Positions 19,307-29,702 are shown, numbered from the stretch's first letter. The stretch: DNA of 64,000 nt from Candidatus Zambryskiibacteriota bacterium (GCA_016177225.1 JACOVQ010000004.1:3328-67327); one strand, 5' to 3'. Numbers and translations: made by a program. Notes: generated from the letters alone by a model not told the origin.

Positions 19307-20336
19307 GCGCGTTTTTATCGGCTTATCCGGCGGGGTGGATTCTGCTGTTTCAGCAGGACTGCTGAAACAGCAGGGATACGATGTCACCGGAGTATTTATC
19401 AAAGTATGGCAGCCTGATTTTCTGCCGTGCAGTTGGAGAGATGAAAGGCGCGATGCCATGAGGGTGGCTATTGCGCTTAATATCCCGTTTTTATTTTTTG
19501 ATTTTGAAAAAGAATATAAAAAGGGCGTAGTGGATAAAATGATTAGCGAATATAAAGCCGGCCGCACGCCGAATCCAGATGTGCTCTGCAACAGAGAAAT
19601 TAAATTTGGCGCCTTTTGGAAGAAAGCAAAAGCAATGGGAGCCGATTACATAGCCACCGGACACTACTGGAGCGGAGAAAAAAACCAGTCGTATTTTCTT
19701 TGGACTCTGACTCCGGAAGATTTGTCTCACACGCTTTTCCCGGTTGGTAATATGGAAAAATCTGAAGTAAGAAAGCTCGCCAAGAAATTTAACTTGCCGG
19801 TGTCGGAGAAAAAAGACAGCCAAGGTGTCTGCTTTATTGGTGAAGTAACTATGGAAGAATTTTTATCGCACTTCATTGAAACCAAACCCGGTAAAGTACT
19901 CGATATTTCCGGCAAAGTCATCGGCACTCATCAAGGAGCGGTGCTTTATACCATAGGCGAAAGGCATGGCTTTGATATAGAAAAGAAAAATCCGGAGGCC
20001 GGAGCCTATTACACCGTCTCAAAAAATTTAAAAGCAAACACCATTACCGTATCCAATAGCCTTCAAGAAATATCGACTCTTTCTCCGACCAAAGTTTCTC
20101 TCACAAAAGTGAACTGGATTACAGAACCTAAAATACCAGAAGTTTTGGCTCAGATTAGATATCGCGGCGAAAAGATTCCAGTCACTCTCGCTCTTACCAG
20201 CAAAAAATTAACGGCGGAATTTCCAAAACCAATCAGGGGATTGTCTCTAGGCCAATCAATCGTTTTCTATGTGGATCTTGAGAATAATTATTCTCAATGC
20301 CTCGGCGGCGCCGTGATGGATAAAGTTCTGGAGTAA
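19254..20336 (+). CDS. mnmA: tRNA 2-thiouridylase; start uncertain
   Basis: SGGVDS, TPNPDVLCNREIKF, ATGHY and DSQGVCF. Confidence 0.95.
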   Translation: MQGHLMNIKQTSRSICDKRVFIGLSGGVDSAVSAGLLKQQGYDVTGVFIKVWQPDFLPCSWRDERRDAMRVAIALNIPFLFFDFEKEYKKGVVDKMISEYKAGRTPNPDVLCNREIKFGAFWKKAKAMGADYIATGHYWSGEKNQSYFLWTLTPEDLSHTLFPVGNMEKSEVRKLAKKFNLPVSEKKDSQGVCFIGEVTMEEFLSHFIETKPGKVLDISGKVIGTHQGAVLYTIGERHGFDIEKKNPEAGAYYTVSKNLKANTITVSNSLQEISTLSPTKVSLTKVNWITEPKIPEVLAQIRYRGEKIPVTLALTSKKLTAEFPKPIRGLSLGQSIVFYVDLENNYSQCLGGAVMDKVLE

Positions 20337-20367
20337 TCCACAGTATCTAGTTGTAACTACTTTATAC

Positions 20368-20403
20368 TACGTTATAATAATGCGGTCGCACATAATTAAC
20401 GTA
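20368..20403. repeat. 36-bp symmetric site, copy 1
   Basis: TACGTTA-N7-GCGGTCGC-N7-TAACGTA. Confidence 0.9.
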
Positions 20404-20972
20404 TGGGTAATTTAGAACAAAGCAGCAAGAAAAGAAGCAAAAGAAAACATCTCCAACAGATGATTTTAAAAACTATAGCTGCCGCCGGCGTATTGGGTGT
20501 TGGATTATTGGCACCTAATGTTATAGGAACAATGGCAAAGCTTGGAATAATACCTAAGTTTAGGCAGAAAGAATATGTGTCGTCATCAGCCAGTAAGATG
20601 GCTAAAAAGGGATTAATAAAATTCAACGGCAAGTTCTACGAACTGACTGCTTTAGGAAAAGAAAAAATGCGGAGATGGGAATTCGCCGATTTCCAATTGA
20701 GAAAACCAAAGAAATGGGATAAAAAGTGGCGAGTAATGATTTTCGATATTCCGGAGAAGAAGAGAGTGGTGAGAAACGACTTAACAACACTTTTTAAAAA
20801 AGCTGGTATCAGGCGTCTTCAAAATAGCGTGTGGATATATCCGTATGATTGTGAAGACATTATCGCATTACTTAAAACGGATTTTGGTATTGGCAAAGAC
20901 TTACTGTATTTAATTGTAGACGAACTGGAAAATGACAAATATTTGCGAGAAGAGTTTGATCTAATCCATTAA
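20403..20972 (+). CDS. PaaX-like protein (winged helix plus Cas2-like central domain)
   Basis: KKGLIK...YELTALG; WDKKWRVMIFDIPE...LQNSVWIYP. Confidence 0.85.
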   Translation: MGNLEQSSKKRSKRKHLQQMILKTIAAAGVLGVGLLAPNVIGTMAKLGIIPKFRQKEYVSSSASKMAKKGLIKFNGKFYELTALGKEKMRRWEFADFQLRKPKKWDKKWRVMIFDIPEKKRVVRNDLTTLFKKAGIRRLQNSVWIYPYDCEDIIALLKTDFGIGKDLLYLIVDELENDKYLREEFDLIH

Positions 20973-20988
20973 GACGAATTATTTTCAA

Positions 20989-21024
20989 TACGTTAAAATA
21001 ACGCGGTCGCGTAAAAGTAACGTA
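20989..21024. repeat. 36-bp symmetric site, copy 2
   Basis: TACGTTA-N7-GCGGTCGC-N7-TAACGTA. Confidence 0.9.
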
Positions 21025-21070
21025 GGTGTAAAATTGTTGTTTGTGTTTATACTATTGATATACTTAAAGA

Positions 21071-21769
21071 ATGACAGTGTCGGAACAAATAGTGATCCTT
21101 AAGGCCAATGGCAAGCGGGAGAGCTTTGAGCCTGAAAAATTGCGAGCATCGCTCATGCATTCCGGAGCGACGGAAGAGGCCGCTACAAATGTGCTAACTC
21201 ATCTCTTGCCGGAGTTGCATGATGATATGACAACGGAGGAAATTTATAAGCACGCTTTCTCGACTTTACAGCGGATGTCCAAGCCGATTGCCAGGAGCTA
21301 TTCTCTCCGCCGAGCGGTAATGAGCTTGGGACCGTCGGGATTTCCTTTTGAAGATTTTGTTGCCGAGGTTTTGAGAGTACAGGGCTTCGAATGCGCCACG
21401 AGGCAGGTGGTTTTGGGCGGATGTGTGCCGCACGAAGTGGACGTGGTGGCTTATAACGAGAAAAAATTGATTATGGTGGAAGCGAAGTTCCACAACGAGC
21501 TTGGAACCAAATCGGATTTGAAGGTGGCGCTCTATGTCAAGGCAAGGTTTGACGACCTTAAGGAAAATGTTTTTGACTACGGAGGCAAAGCGAGAGCTAT
21601 CACCGATGCCTGGCTTATCACCAATACTAAATTTTCGAGTACCGCCATCCACTACGGCGTCTGCAAGAACCTTACAATGATAGGCTGGAATTATCCGGAG
21701 AGAGGCAACCTTCAAGATATGATTGAGAACAGTCCGGCATTATTGAAGAGAATTTATGGAGAAAGATGA
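21071..21769 (+). CDS. ATP-cone domain plus Mrr-like PD-(D/E)xK nuclease
   Basis: ILKANGKRESFEPEKL; FEDFVA...HEVDV...VEAK. Confidence 0.8.
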   Translation: MTVSEQIVILKANGKRESFEPEKLRASLMHSGATEEAATNVLTHLLPELHDDMTTEEIYKHAFSTLQRMSKPIARSYSLRRAVMSLGPSGFPFEDFVAEVLRVQGFECATRQVVLGGCVPHEVDVVAYNEKKLIMVEAKFHNELGTKSDLKVALYVKARFDDLKENVFDYGGKARAITDAWLITNTKFSSTAIHYGVCKNLTMIGWNYPERGNLQDMIENSPALLKRIYGER

Positions 21770-22337
21770 AGCTTTAAGACAGATTAAAAATGAGGTGGTC
21801 GCTCTCTCCGTCTCTCCGCTTTATGCCGAGCGGGTAAAACATAAATACTTCCCGGTAATAGGAGAGGGAAATCATAATGCCGAAGTTATGTTTATCGGCG
21901 AAGCGCCGGGCGAGAACGAAGCAAAGACCGGCAGGCCGTTTTGCGGGCGGGCGGGCAAGGTGCTCGACATGCTTTTAGAGTTTGTCGGTATTGCGCGCAA
22001 GGATGTCTATGTGACTAACATCGTCAAAGACCGCCCGCCCGCCAATCGCGACCCCAGCCCTGAAGAAATTGAAATTTACGCGCCGTTTCTTGACCGGCAG
22101 ATTGAGATTATTAAGCCCAAAGCGGTGGCTACGCTCGGGCGATTCTCCATGGTATACGTCATGAACCACTACGGTCTCGAGTGGGAAGTGGGACCAATAA
22201 GCGTTTTGCACGGACAAATCTTTCAAACTTCTAACTTCAAACTTATACCCTTGTACCATCCCGCCGCCGCCATTTACAACCAGCATCTCCTGGATACTCT
22301 GAAGGAGGATTTCAAAATATTAAAAACTCTGATTTAA
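21756..22337 (+). CDS. uracil-DNA glycosylase, family 4
   Basis: GEAPG, GRPF and YHPAA motifs. Confidence 0.92.
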   Translation: MEKDEALRQIKNEVVALSVSPLYAERVKHKYFPVIGEGNHNAEVMFIGEAPGENEAKTGRPFCGRAGKVLDMLLEFVGIARKDVYVTNIVKDRPPANRDPSPEEIEIYAPFLDRQIEIIKPKAVATLGRFSMVYVMNHYGLEWEVGPISVLHGQIFQTSNFKLIPLYHPAAAIYNQHLLDTLKEDFKILKTLI

Positions 22338-22346
22338 TAGTAGCTC

Positions 22347-23489
22347 ATGAAGTCGGAAGAAATCAGAAGCAAATTCCTAGAGTTTTTCCAAAAGCGCGGG
22401 CATGTCATCGTTCCCTCATCTTCTGTCGTGCCTGATAAGAACGATTTATCCGTGCTGTTTACAACAGCTGGCATGCAGCAATTCAAGCCGTTTTACTTGA
22501 GAGAAAAATCGCCTTATGGCAGTAATGTGGCCTCATCCCAAAAGTGTGTGCGTACTTCCGATATCGAAGAAGTGGGGGATGAAAGACATCTGACATTTTT
22601 TGAAATGCTTGGAAACTTTTCTTTCGGCGGATACTGGAAAAAAGAAGCGATTTCCTACGCGCACGAATTTATAACAAAAGAGATGGGCCTATCAATAGAT
22701 TATGTCACTATTTTTGAAGGCGATAGCGAAGTTTTCGAAGATAAGGAATCTGTAAACATTTGGAAAGCGATTGACCCGAATTTAACGATAAAGAAATTTG
22801 GCCGTGAAGATAACTTCTGGGGTCCTACGGGCGAGTCCGGCCCATGCGGCCCAACAACGGAAATTTATGTCAACGGCATCGAAATCTGGAACATCGTGTT
22901 CAATGAATATTTTAAAAATGTCGAGGGAAAGTTTGAGAAGCTCAAACAGACAGGCATTGATACCGGCATGGGTCTGGAGCGCCTGACTATGGCGCTCCAG
23001 AAGAAAGAAACCGTTTTCGAAACCGATTTGTTCAAATCTACTATGCAAGTGGCCAATTCAAGCATTATTGCCGACCATATCCGTACCTCCGTGTTCATGA
23101 TTGCCGACGGCGTTTTGCCGTCCAACACCGACCGCGGCTATGTGTTGAGAAGGCTTTTGCGGCGCGCATATATACATGCGCGCAAACTTAAAATTGAAAC
23201 CGAAACCTTGAATGCTGTGATTGGAAAGGTAGTGGAACATCCAAGCTATAAGGGTCTCTATGCTTTCGCGGAAAATACGAAAGAAATAGTAATGAATGAA
23301 ATCGAGAAGTTTAAAAAAACGCTCGAGACCGGATTAAAACAAGTTAAAGCAGACCGAGACCCGTTTACTCTTTTTACGAGCTTTGGTTTGCCGCTTGAAA
23401 TTATTAAAGAAGTAGTGCCAAACGTCGATGAAGATAAGTTTAAGAAACAAATGGAAGAGCATAGAAAACTTTCCAGTAGTAGTTTATAA
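22347..23489 (+). CDS. alaS: alanine--tRNA ligase, aminoacylation module only
   Basis: LFTTAGMQQFKP, HLTFFEMLGNFSFG, DTGMGLER and RGYVLRRLLRRA; ends at 380 aa. Confidence 0.93.
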   Translation: MKSEEIRSKFLEFFQKRGHVIVPSSSVVPDKNDLSVLFTTAGMQQFKPFYLREKSPYGSNVASSQKCVRTSDIEEVGDERHLTFFEMLGNFSFGGYWKKEAISYAHEFITKEMGLSIDYVTIFEGDSEVFEDKESVNIWKAIDPNLTIKKFGREDNFWGPTGESGPCGPTTEIYVNGIEIWNIVFNEYFKNVEGKFEKLKQTGIDTGMGLERLTMALQKKETVFETDLFKSTMQVANSSIIADHIRTSVFMIADGVLPSNTDRGYVLRRLLRRAYIHARKLKIETETLNAVIGKVVEHPSYKGLYAFAENTKEIVMNEIEKFKKTLETGLKQVKADRDPFTLFTSFGLPLEIIKEVVPNVDEDKFKKQMEEHRKLSSSSL

Positions 23490-23496
23490 TTCCTTT

Positions 23497-24732
23497 ATGC
23501 CGAAGCACATCGAAGACATAATCATTCCTCTAAAGAGAAAAACTATCAGAGACATTCCTATTCCCAGTAATCGTAAAAAATCTGAGCACTTTGCGACTGC
23601 TCCGTCTGAAGAAAGAAAGATAAAACATCACTCAAAAAAAAAGTTATGGGTTGCTTCTGGCGTCGTCTTATTACTGTTAATCTTTGGCGCATTAGCAGTA
23701 TTTGACGGGGCAACCCTCGCTTATGTGCCCAAATCCGCCAATCTCTCTTTCAAAGGCGATGTTTATACGGCAAGGCGCACGGGAGAAAATCTTTCATACA
23801 GCATAGTCAAACTTTCCAAAGATAAAGAGAAGAGCGTGCCTGCTTCCGGCACGGAAGAAGTAAAACGTAAAGCCTCCGGTACCATTGTGGTGTATAACTC
23901 CGCAAGCGCGCCGCAGAAATTGATAGAGAATACGCGCTTCCAAACGTCGGAAGGGAAGGTTTATCGCATCAAAGACGCGGTAATTGTTCCCGCCAACGGT
24001 TTCATGGAAGCGCTCGCGTATGCCGATGAGGCAGGAGATAGTTATAACGTCGGTTTGTCAGACTTTACTCTGCCCGGGCTTGCCGGCACTTCGAAATTTA
24101 AAGACGTTTACGGCCGTTCCAAGACGCCGATGGCCGGCGGGTTTATAGGCAAGGAAGCGGTAGTAAAGAATGAAGATAAAGCCAAAGCCACCTCAGAGCT
24201 TGAAGCGGCTCTTCGCGAGGAACTCCTGGCCGAAGCGAAAGCCCAAGTGCCTGATGGATTCAGTATGTTTCCGAATCTTGTTGCCGTAAACTTTGAGACC
24301 TTGCCGTCGACGGCTTTGTCTGGCGCCAATGCTGTCATTAAAGTTAAGGGCGATTTTGCCGGCATGATGTTTAAGAAAAGCGATTTATCAAATCAATTGG
24401 CTAACAGTAAGATAAAAATTGCCAGTGGAGAATTGGTGGATATAATGCCGCTTGAGTCTCTCGAAGTATCTTTTGCCGGTAATGCTCCAAAGGACCTTAT
24501 ATCAATGAATGAAATCAACCTTTCCGTGACTGGCGACACTACGGCCGTATGGCGCACCAATGAGACCGCTCTCAAAACAGACTTAGCCGGCCGCAGTAAG
24601 CGCGACATTCCGGCGATATTGAATAATTATCCCGCCGTTGTTTCGGCTACGGCCACCGTCAGACCGTTTTGGAAAAATAGTTTTCCTCTCAACTCCGCCA
24701 AAATTACGATAAAGAAAAATGCTCCAAAATAA
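23497..24732 (+). CDS. membrane-anchored hypothetical protein with a baseplate-J-like beta region
   Basis: TM segment, [10 protein letters not shown] and GDSYNVG. Confidence 0.7.
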   Translation: MPKHIEDIIIPLKRKTIRDIPIPSNRKKSEHFATAPSEERKIKHHSKKKLWVASGVVLLLLIFGALAVFDGATLAYVPKSANLSFKGDVYTARRTGENLSYSIVKLSKDKEKSVPASGTEEVKRKASGTIVVYNSASAPQKLIENTRFQTSEGKVYRIKDAVIVPANGFMEALAYADEAGDSYNVGLSDFTLPGLAGTSKFKDVYGRSKTPMAGGFIGKEAVVKNEDKAKATSELEAALREELLAEAKAQVPDGFSMFPNLVAVNFETLPSTALSGANAVIKVKGDFAGMMFKKSDLSNQLANSKIKIASGELVDIMPLESLEVSFAGNAPKDLISMNEINLSVTGDTTAVWRTNETALKTDLAGRSKRDIPAILNNYPAVVSATATVRPFWKNSFPLNSAKITIKKNAPK

Positions 24733-24940
24733 ATCGAGCGAATTAGAGAGAACCGGCATAGTAATAGAATCTTTGCCAAACATTATGTTTCGAGTTCGAT
24801 TAGACGAAGGAGGCGAAGAAATCCTATCATACTTATCCGGCAAGATGAGATTGCATCGAATAAGAGTTCTAGTAGGTGACAAAGTACTTTTAGAGCTTGA
24901 GCCGTACGGCGGCAAAGCGCGCATAACTAAGCGTCTATAG
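24719..24940 (+). CDS. infA: translation initiation factor IF-1
   Basis: [10 protein letters not shown]...[17 protein letters not shown]. Confidence 0.97.
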   Translation: MLQNKSSELERTGIVIESLPNIMFRVRLDEGGEEILSYLSGKMRLHRIRVLVGDKVLLELEPYGGKARITKRL

Positions 24941-24977
24941 ACAGAAAAAGAGCTTCGGGTTACAATGCAGACTCTCA

Positions 24978-25094
24978 ATGAAAGTGAAGGCGTCGGTCAG
25001 GAAAATATGTGCAAAGTGCCAAATAGTCCGTAGAAAGGGCTATGTTTATGTCATTTGTAAAGCCAACCCGCGCCATAAGCAGAGACAAGGTTAA
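24978..25094 (+). CDS. rpmJ: 50S ribosomal protein L36; not in the ORF track
   Basis: [38 protein letters not shown]. Confidence 0.97.
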   Translation: MKVKASVRKICAKCQIVRRKGYVYVICKANPRHKQRQG

Positions 25095-25472
25095 ATGAGA
25101 ATACTCGGAATTACCATCCCAGATGAAAAACGTCTTGAAATCGGCCTAACGGTTCTCTTCGGCGTCGGCCGTTCTCAGGCCGCCAGAATTATGAAAGAAG
25201 CAGGCGTTCCTATGGACAAAAAGTCCAAAGACGTAAGCGTCGAGGAAGAAAATAAGATTCGCGTCGAAATTGAAAAGATGACCCTCGAAGGAGACCTTAA
25301 GAGAGAAGTGGTCGGAAATATCAAAAGACTCAAAGATATTCAATCTTATAGAGGAATAAGACATTCAAGAAATCTTCCGGTAAGAGGTCAGCGTACCAAG
25401 ACTAACGCTCGCACTAAAAGAGGCGCCAGAAAGACCATGGGTACAGGACGCAAAGTAGCAGAGAAGAAGTAA
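25095..25472 (+). CDS. rpsM: 30S ribosomal protein S13
   Basis: YRGIRHSRNLPVRGQRTKTNART. Confidence 0.97.
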   Translation: MRILGITIPDEKRLEIGLTVLFGVGRSQAARIMKEAGVPMDKKSKDVSVEEENKIRVEIEKMTLEGDLKREVVGNIKRLKDIQSYRGIRHSRNLPVRGQRTKTNARTKRGARKTMGTGRKVAEKK

Positions 25473-25497
25473 TTCAATGAACTCACTATAAATAATT

Positions 25498-25935
25498 ATG
25501 GGTAAGAAAAAAATCGCCACAACTACAGAGGAAACTATTAAAGATACGGCTGATGCGTCGCCGGCTCCATCTAAATCCTCAAAGAGGCAAGTGGTGAGTG
25601 GCGCTCTGTACATTGAATCCACGTATAACAACACCAAACTCACTCTGACGGATAGTAAAAATAATGTTTTAGCTTGGTCGTCGAGCGGTGCTCTTGGATT
25701 CAAGGGCGCCAAGAAAGGCACTCCTTTTGCAGCCGCCAAAGTGGGCGAGACTCTCGCGGCCAAAGCTCAGACCTTGGGAGTAAAAGAAGTGAGAGTAGTA
25801 GTCAAAGGAGTCGGGTCCGGCAGAGACTCCGCTGTCAGAGGCTTTATCTCGAAGGGCATCAATTTAACTACTATCCAAGACAAGACCCCGGTACCGCATA
25901 ATGGGCCAAAACCGCCTAAACCCCGCAGAACTTAA
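25498..25935 (+). CDS. rpsK: 30S ribosomal protein S11
   Basis: STYNNT, KKGTPFAA and PHNG. Confidence 0.97.
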   Translation: MGKKKIATTTEETIKDTADASPAPSKSSKRQVVSGALYIESTYNNTKLTLTDSKNNVLAWSSSGALGFKGAKKGTPFAAAKVGETLAAKAQTLGVKEVRVVVKGVGSGRDSAVRGFISKGINLTTIQDKTPVPHNGPKPPKPRRT

Positions 25936-25962
25936 TTCGATGAAATTCGTAAAATTCGTATC

Positions 25963-26568
25963 ATGAGAATAGGACCAAAATACAAAATTGCGCGGCGTCT
26001 CGGAGCTCCGGTATTTGAAAAAACTCAAACTCCTAAATACGTTTTGTCGCTTGCTCGCAAGGAAAAATCCGGCACCGGCCGCAGTAAACCAAAGTCGGAA
26101 TTTGGGCGCGAATTGACCGAGAAGCAAAAAGCCAAATTCACCTACGGCTTAAATGAGAGACAATTCCGAGTCTATGTTGATAAAGCGGCGAGAACCAAAG
26201 ACCCGGTCCAGAAATTATTTGCCATTCTCGAAAGCCGTTTAGATAATATTCTTTTCCGCTCCGGTCTTGCTAAAACTCGCTCCGCCGCAAGGCAGATGGC
26301 AAGCCACGGACACATTCTCATCAATAATAAGCGAGTAACTATTCCTTCCATCATCTTGCGGGAGGGAAATGTGGTAAGTATTCGCGCCAGCTCTGCTTCA
26401 AGCAATCTCTTCAGCGAAGCTGAAGAAAGAATGAAAACGCTTGCCGCGCCAGCCTGGCTTAAAATCGAACCGAAAGAGAAGACAGTGGCTGTAACGGGCA
26501 TGCCAGTCTATAATAGCACTGAAAATCTATTTGATTTAGGCATAGTCATTGAATTCTACAATAGATAG
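25963..26568 (+). CDS. rpsD: 30S ribosomal protein S4
   Basis: EKQKAKFTYG, LESRLDN and ARQMASHGH. Confidence 0.97.
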   Translation: MRIGPKYKIARRLGAPVFEKTQTPKYVLSLARKEKSGTGRSKPKSEFGRELTEKQKAKFTYGLNERQFRVYVDKAARTKDPVQKLFAILESRLDNILFRSGLAKTRSAARQMASHGHILINNKRVTIPSIILREGNVVSIRASSASSNLFSEAEERMKTLAAPAWLKIEPKEKTVAVTGMPVYNSTENLFDLGIVIEFYNR

Positions 26569-26608
26569 TGGTATAATTAATTGTCAATTTTTCAAAAAAA
26601 AATTTATT

Positions 26609-27580
26609 ATGGCTGATTACACGATACTTTTACCTTCCAAACCTCGGGTTATTTCAGAAGAGGGAGAGAGCGGAGTTTTTGAAATAGACGGGCTTTATCC
26701 GGGCTACGGACACACTTTAGGCAATAGCCTCAGGCGCATTATTTTGTCGTCTTTGCCCGGCGTGGCTATTACCTCGGTTAAAATTACCGGAGTCTCTCAT
26801 GAATTCTCTGTTATCGACGGAGTTAAGGAAGATGTGATTACCATTCTTCTTAATCTTAAGAAAATCAGAATGCGCATCACGGGCGATGAACCGCAGATCA
26901 TCTATCTAAAGGCGAAAGGCGAAAAGTTAGCCAAAGCTTCCGACCTTGAGGTTGGAGGCCAAGTTGAAGTTCTCACTCCGCATGCTCCCATTGCCACTCT
27001 TACTTCTAAAAGTGCCGTGCTTGAAATGGAAATCAAGGCCGAAAAGGGCCTTGGTTTTATGCCGAAGGAAATGATAGACAAATCTCGCGTGGATATCGGC
27101 ACCATTGCTCTTGACGGCATCTTTACCCCCATCCGCCGTGTTTCCTACGAAGTTGAGCACATGCGCGTCGGTGATAGAACCGACTTCAATAAATTAAGAA
27201 TTTTTATCGAGACAGACGGCACGATAGCGCCGTCTGTCGCTCTATCGAGCGCCATCGAGATTATGATAAATCAACTCAAAGCCATCGTTGGCTTCAAAGA
27301 GGAAGAACCTGTCGCTTCTAATTATGGTTCCGGCGAAGTGGTTTCTGGCGCAAGTTCTGTTTCCAAGCCTGATGTCGACCCGGAAGTATTGAAGACTCGC
27401 GTTGAGTCTCTTGACATCGGCGCTCGTACTCAGAATGCGCTTTCTGTTGCCAATATCCGCACCGTAGGAGGATTGGCTCGTAAGAAAGAAAAAGACCTTC
27501 TGGAAATTGAAGGATTGGGAATGAAAGGCATTCAGGAAATTAAAAAAGCTCTTGGAGAATTCGGTATAACACTTAAATGA
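26609..27580 (+). CDS. rpoA: RNA polymerase subunit alpha
   Basis: [21 protein letters not shown] and alpha-CTD. Confidence 0.97.
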   Translation: MADYTILLPSKPRVISEEGESGVFEIDGLYPGYGHTLGNSLRRIILSSLPGVAITSVKITGVSHEFSVIDGVKEDVITILLNLKKIRMRITGDEPQIIYLKAKGEKLAKASDLEVGGQVEVLTPHAPIATLTSKSAVLEMEIKAEKGLGFMPKEMIDKSRVDIGTIALDGIFTPIRRVSYEVEHMRVGDRTDFNKLRIFIETDGTIAPSVALSSAIEIMINQLKAIVGFKEEEPVASNYGSGEVVSGASSVSKPDVDPEVLKTRVESLDIGARTQNALSVANIRTVGGLARKKEKDLLEIEGLGMKGIQEIKKALGEFGITLK

Positions 27581-27933
27581 GAAAATTCGGAAGAGAGAAA
27601 AATCAGAGGAATGCCCTCATGAAATCTTTAGCGCACAATCTTGCGTTGAAGGGCAAGATTAAAACTACCGAGGCCAAGGCTAAAGAACTGCGTCCTTTTA
27701 TCGAAAAGCTTGTGACTTTGGGTAAGAAAGCAACTCCTGAAAACGCTGCCCCGCAGCGTTTGTCAGCCCGCCGTCTGCTCGAAGCTCGCGTAGGTAAAAT
27801 GGCCGCTAAAAAAATTGCGCTGGAATTGTCGAAAGACTATAAAGAAAGGACTGGAGGCTATACGAGAATCACTAAGCTTGTGCCGAGAAAGAGCGATGGC
27901 GCCAAAATGGCAGTTATCGAATTTGTAAAATAA
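27577..27933 (+). CDS. rplQ: 50S ribosomal protein L17
   Basis: [18 protein letters not shown] and DGAKMA. Confidence 0.97.
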   Translation: MRKFGREKNQRNALMKSLAHNLALKGKIKTTEAKAKELRPFIEKLVTLGKKATPENAAPQRLSARRLLEARVGKMAAKKIALELSKDYKERTGGYTRITKLVPRKSDGAKMAVIEFVK

Positions 27934-28274
27934 TGAAATACACCATAGATGCCAAGAATAAAGTGCCTGGGAGGATAGCTACCGAAGTGGCCGTATTGCT
28001 TATGGGCAAGAATCGCACCGACTTTGCTCGCAATCGTATTCCGAAAGTTGAAGTGGAGGTATTGAACTCTGATTCAATGAAGCTCGATGCTAAAAAGCTT
28101 AAAGCTAAGAAGTATTACAGCCACTCCGGCTATCCGGGAAGCTTAAAAATTCGTTCACAAGAGCAAATTGTTCGGACTAAAGGAGCCGGAGAGGTATTGC
28201 GCCGTGCGGTTTACGGTATGTTGCCAAAGAATAAACTTCGTTCCCGTATGATGAAAAATTTGAAAATAAAATAA
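27933..28274 (+). CDS. rplM: 50S ribosomal protein L13
   Basis: IDA...GRIA, HSGYPG and AVYGMLPKN. Confidence 0.95.
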   Translation: MKYTIDAKNKVPGRIATEVAVLLMGKNRTDFARNRIPKVEVEVLNSDSMKLDAKKLKAKKYYSHSGYPGSLKIRSQEQIVRTKGAGEVLRRAVYGMLPKNKLRSRMMKNLKIK

Positions 28275-28275
28275 A

Positions 28276-28674
28276 ATGGCTACTAAATCGGAAAAGTATA
28301 TAGAGACGGTGGGACGCAGGAAAACGAGCGTGGCCAGAGTGCGTTTGACTCCCGCTTCCAAAATTTCAATTTCCATAAACGATAAAGAGTTTGAAAAATA
28401 TTTTTCTACAGCCGCGCTCAAAAATACGGTAATGAGAGTTTTTGACGATGCGCCGGAGAAGTTTAAGGTGACGGCGAAGCTCAATGGAGGCGGCATATCT
28501 TCTCAAGCGGAGGCTTTGAGGCACGGCATAGCGAGAGCTATGACGAAGCACGCTCCAGACTTGCGCACCAAGCTCAAGGTTAAGGGTTTTCTCAAGCGCG
28601 ACCCTCGCGCCAAAGAACGCCGCAAGTTCGGTTTGAAAAAAGCTAGAAAGGCTCCGCAGTGGTCAAAGCGCTAG
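28276..28674 (+). CDS. rpsI: 30S ribosomal protein S9
   Basis: GRRKTSVARV and KKARKAPQWSKR. Confidence 0.97.
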   Translation: MATKSEKYIETVGRRKTSVARVRLTPASKISISINDKEFEKYFSTAALKNTVMRVFDDAPEKFKVTAKLNGGGISSQAEALRHGIARAMTKHAPDLRTKLKVKGFLKRDPRAKERRKFGLKKARKAPQWSKR

Positions 28675-28699
28675 TCGTGTTATACTTATACATAATTAT

Positions 28700-29425
28700 A
28701 TGAATAAAGTTCTCATTACTGTTCTGGTTATTGCCGCTATTGGAGGAGGATACTTTGCTGTAACTAATGAGTTACCAAAAAATCAAGAACTTGTCACTTC
28801 TTTTTCAATTGAGCCGTCATACAAATTTGAAGGATGGACTATGTATAATCCTGGAGCTAAAGCTGTTTTAGTGGCTAAGAACATTAAATCAGCGGAGGTG
28901 CGATACTATCCTACTGGAACAGGCATTACAGAGAGCGTATCAGCTGGCAAAATGACTAAAGTTAAGGAATCTACTTACGATAATATATGGGAATTAAAAT
29001 TACCGATAACTATCCTTGCTACTAATTTGTGGGCAGAAATTGAGTATTTATCTGGCAATAAGACAAAAACTTCCGATCTTGGAAATGTTGGTTATGAGTA
29101 TAAACGAAATATCCAGTCAGGTAATGAACTCACGAAAGAAGTGGTTATGCAACTTTTAAAAGACAAATTATGGAATAGCGAGTGTAGTTCCGAGCGAGTA
29201 GTGGGGAAATACGCTTCATGTAAGATAGAGATAAATAAAGTAAGTAGTGATTGGATTGTTACTATAACTTATGACGGTCTATATGACGATTCTGTTAAAG
29301 CATCTAGATATAAAACAGCTATAACTTATCAAGATGGGCAATGGCTTGAAGGCAATGTTTCTAGGACACAGCAATGCTGGCCTGACCGCGGACATCAAGA
29401 TTTCTCTTCAGAATCTTGTATCTAA
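28700..29425 (+). CDS. exported or membrane-anchored hypothetical protein
   Basis: N-terminal TM; AT-rich; YDDSV...CWPDRGHQDFS C-terminal domain. Confidence 0.75.
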   Translation: MNKVLITVLVIAAIGGGYFAVTNELPKNQELVTSFSIEPSYKFEGWTMYNPGAKAVLVAKNIKSAEVRYYPTGTGITESVSAGKMTKVKESTYDNIWELKLPITILATNLWAEIEYLSGNKTKTSDLGNVGYEYKRNIQSGNELTKEVVMQLLKDKLWNSECSSERVVGKYASCKIEINKVSSDWIVTITYDGLYDDSVKASRYKTAITYQDGQWLEGNVSRTQQCWPDRGHQDFSSESCI

Positions 29426-29463
29426 TACATCTAAAATACGCTATAGCATAAGATAGATGTATT
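29424..29463. repeat. 40-bp symmetric site, copy 1
   Basis: AATACAT-N9-GCTATAGC-N9-ATGTATT. Confidence 0.8.
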
Positions 29464-29564
29464 ACATTATTATTCCACGACCGTGTAAAAATAATGTATG
29501 AGGATTTTATAAAGTAGAAAGCCCGAGTCGCTATACGCGACTCGGGCTGTAGTTGTTAGTTCTG

Positions 29565-29702
29565 TTACCACTTGGCGGTTGAACCGCCAATCTCTTTTTC
29601 GATACTTATTCCTTTACGCTTCATCACATAGCAGACGCCCTGAACAGCTAAGAACAGTATCAGGGGCGATGAAAACCCGAGAATGATCAGATATGGTCTC
29701 AT
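29565..29702 (-). CDS. 45-aa single-TM protein; not in the ORF track
   Basis: GGGAGG SD; MRPYLIILGFSSPLILFLAVQGVCYVMKRKG...; hairpin 29520-29548 downstream. Confidence 0.6.
   Translation of the reverse strand: MRPYLIILGFSSPLILFLAVQGVCYVMKRKGISIEKEIGGSTAKW

Noticed and set aside
20403-20972. CRISPR-Cas locus suggested by the Cas2-like domain and 36-bp repeats
   Set aside because: Only two repeats 621 bp apart, no spacer array, and no cas1 or effector gene.
23497-24732. Prophage suggested by the baseplate-like domain
   Set aside because: Isolated membrane-anchored gene among core genes, with no other phage structural genes.
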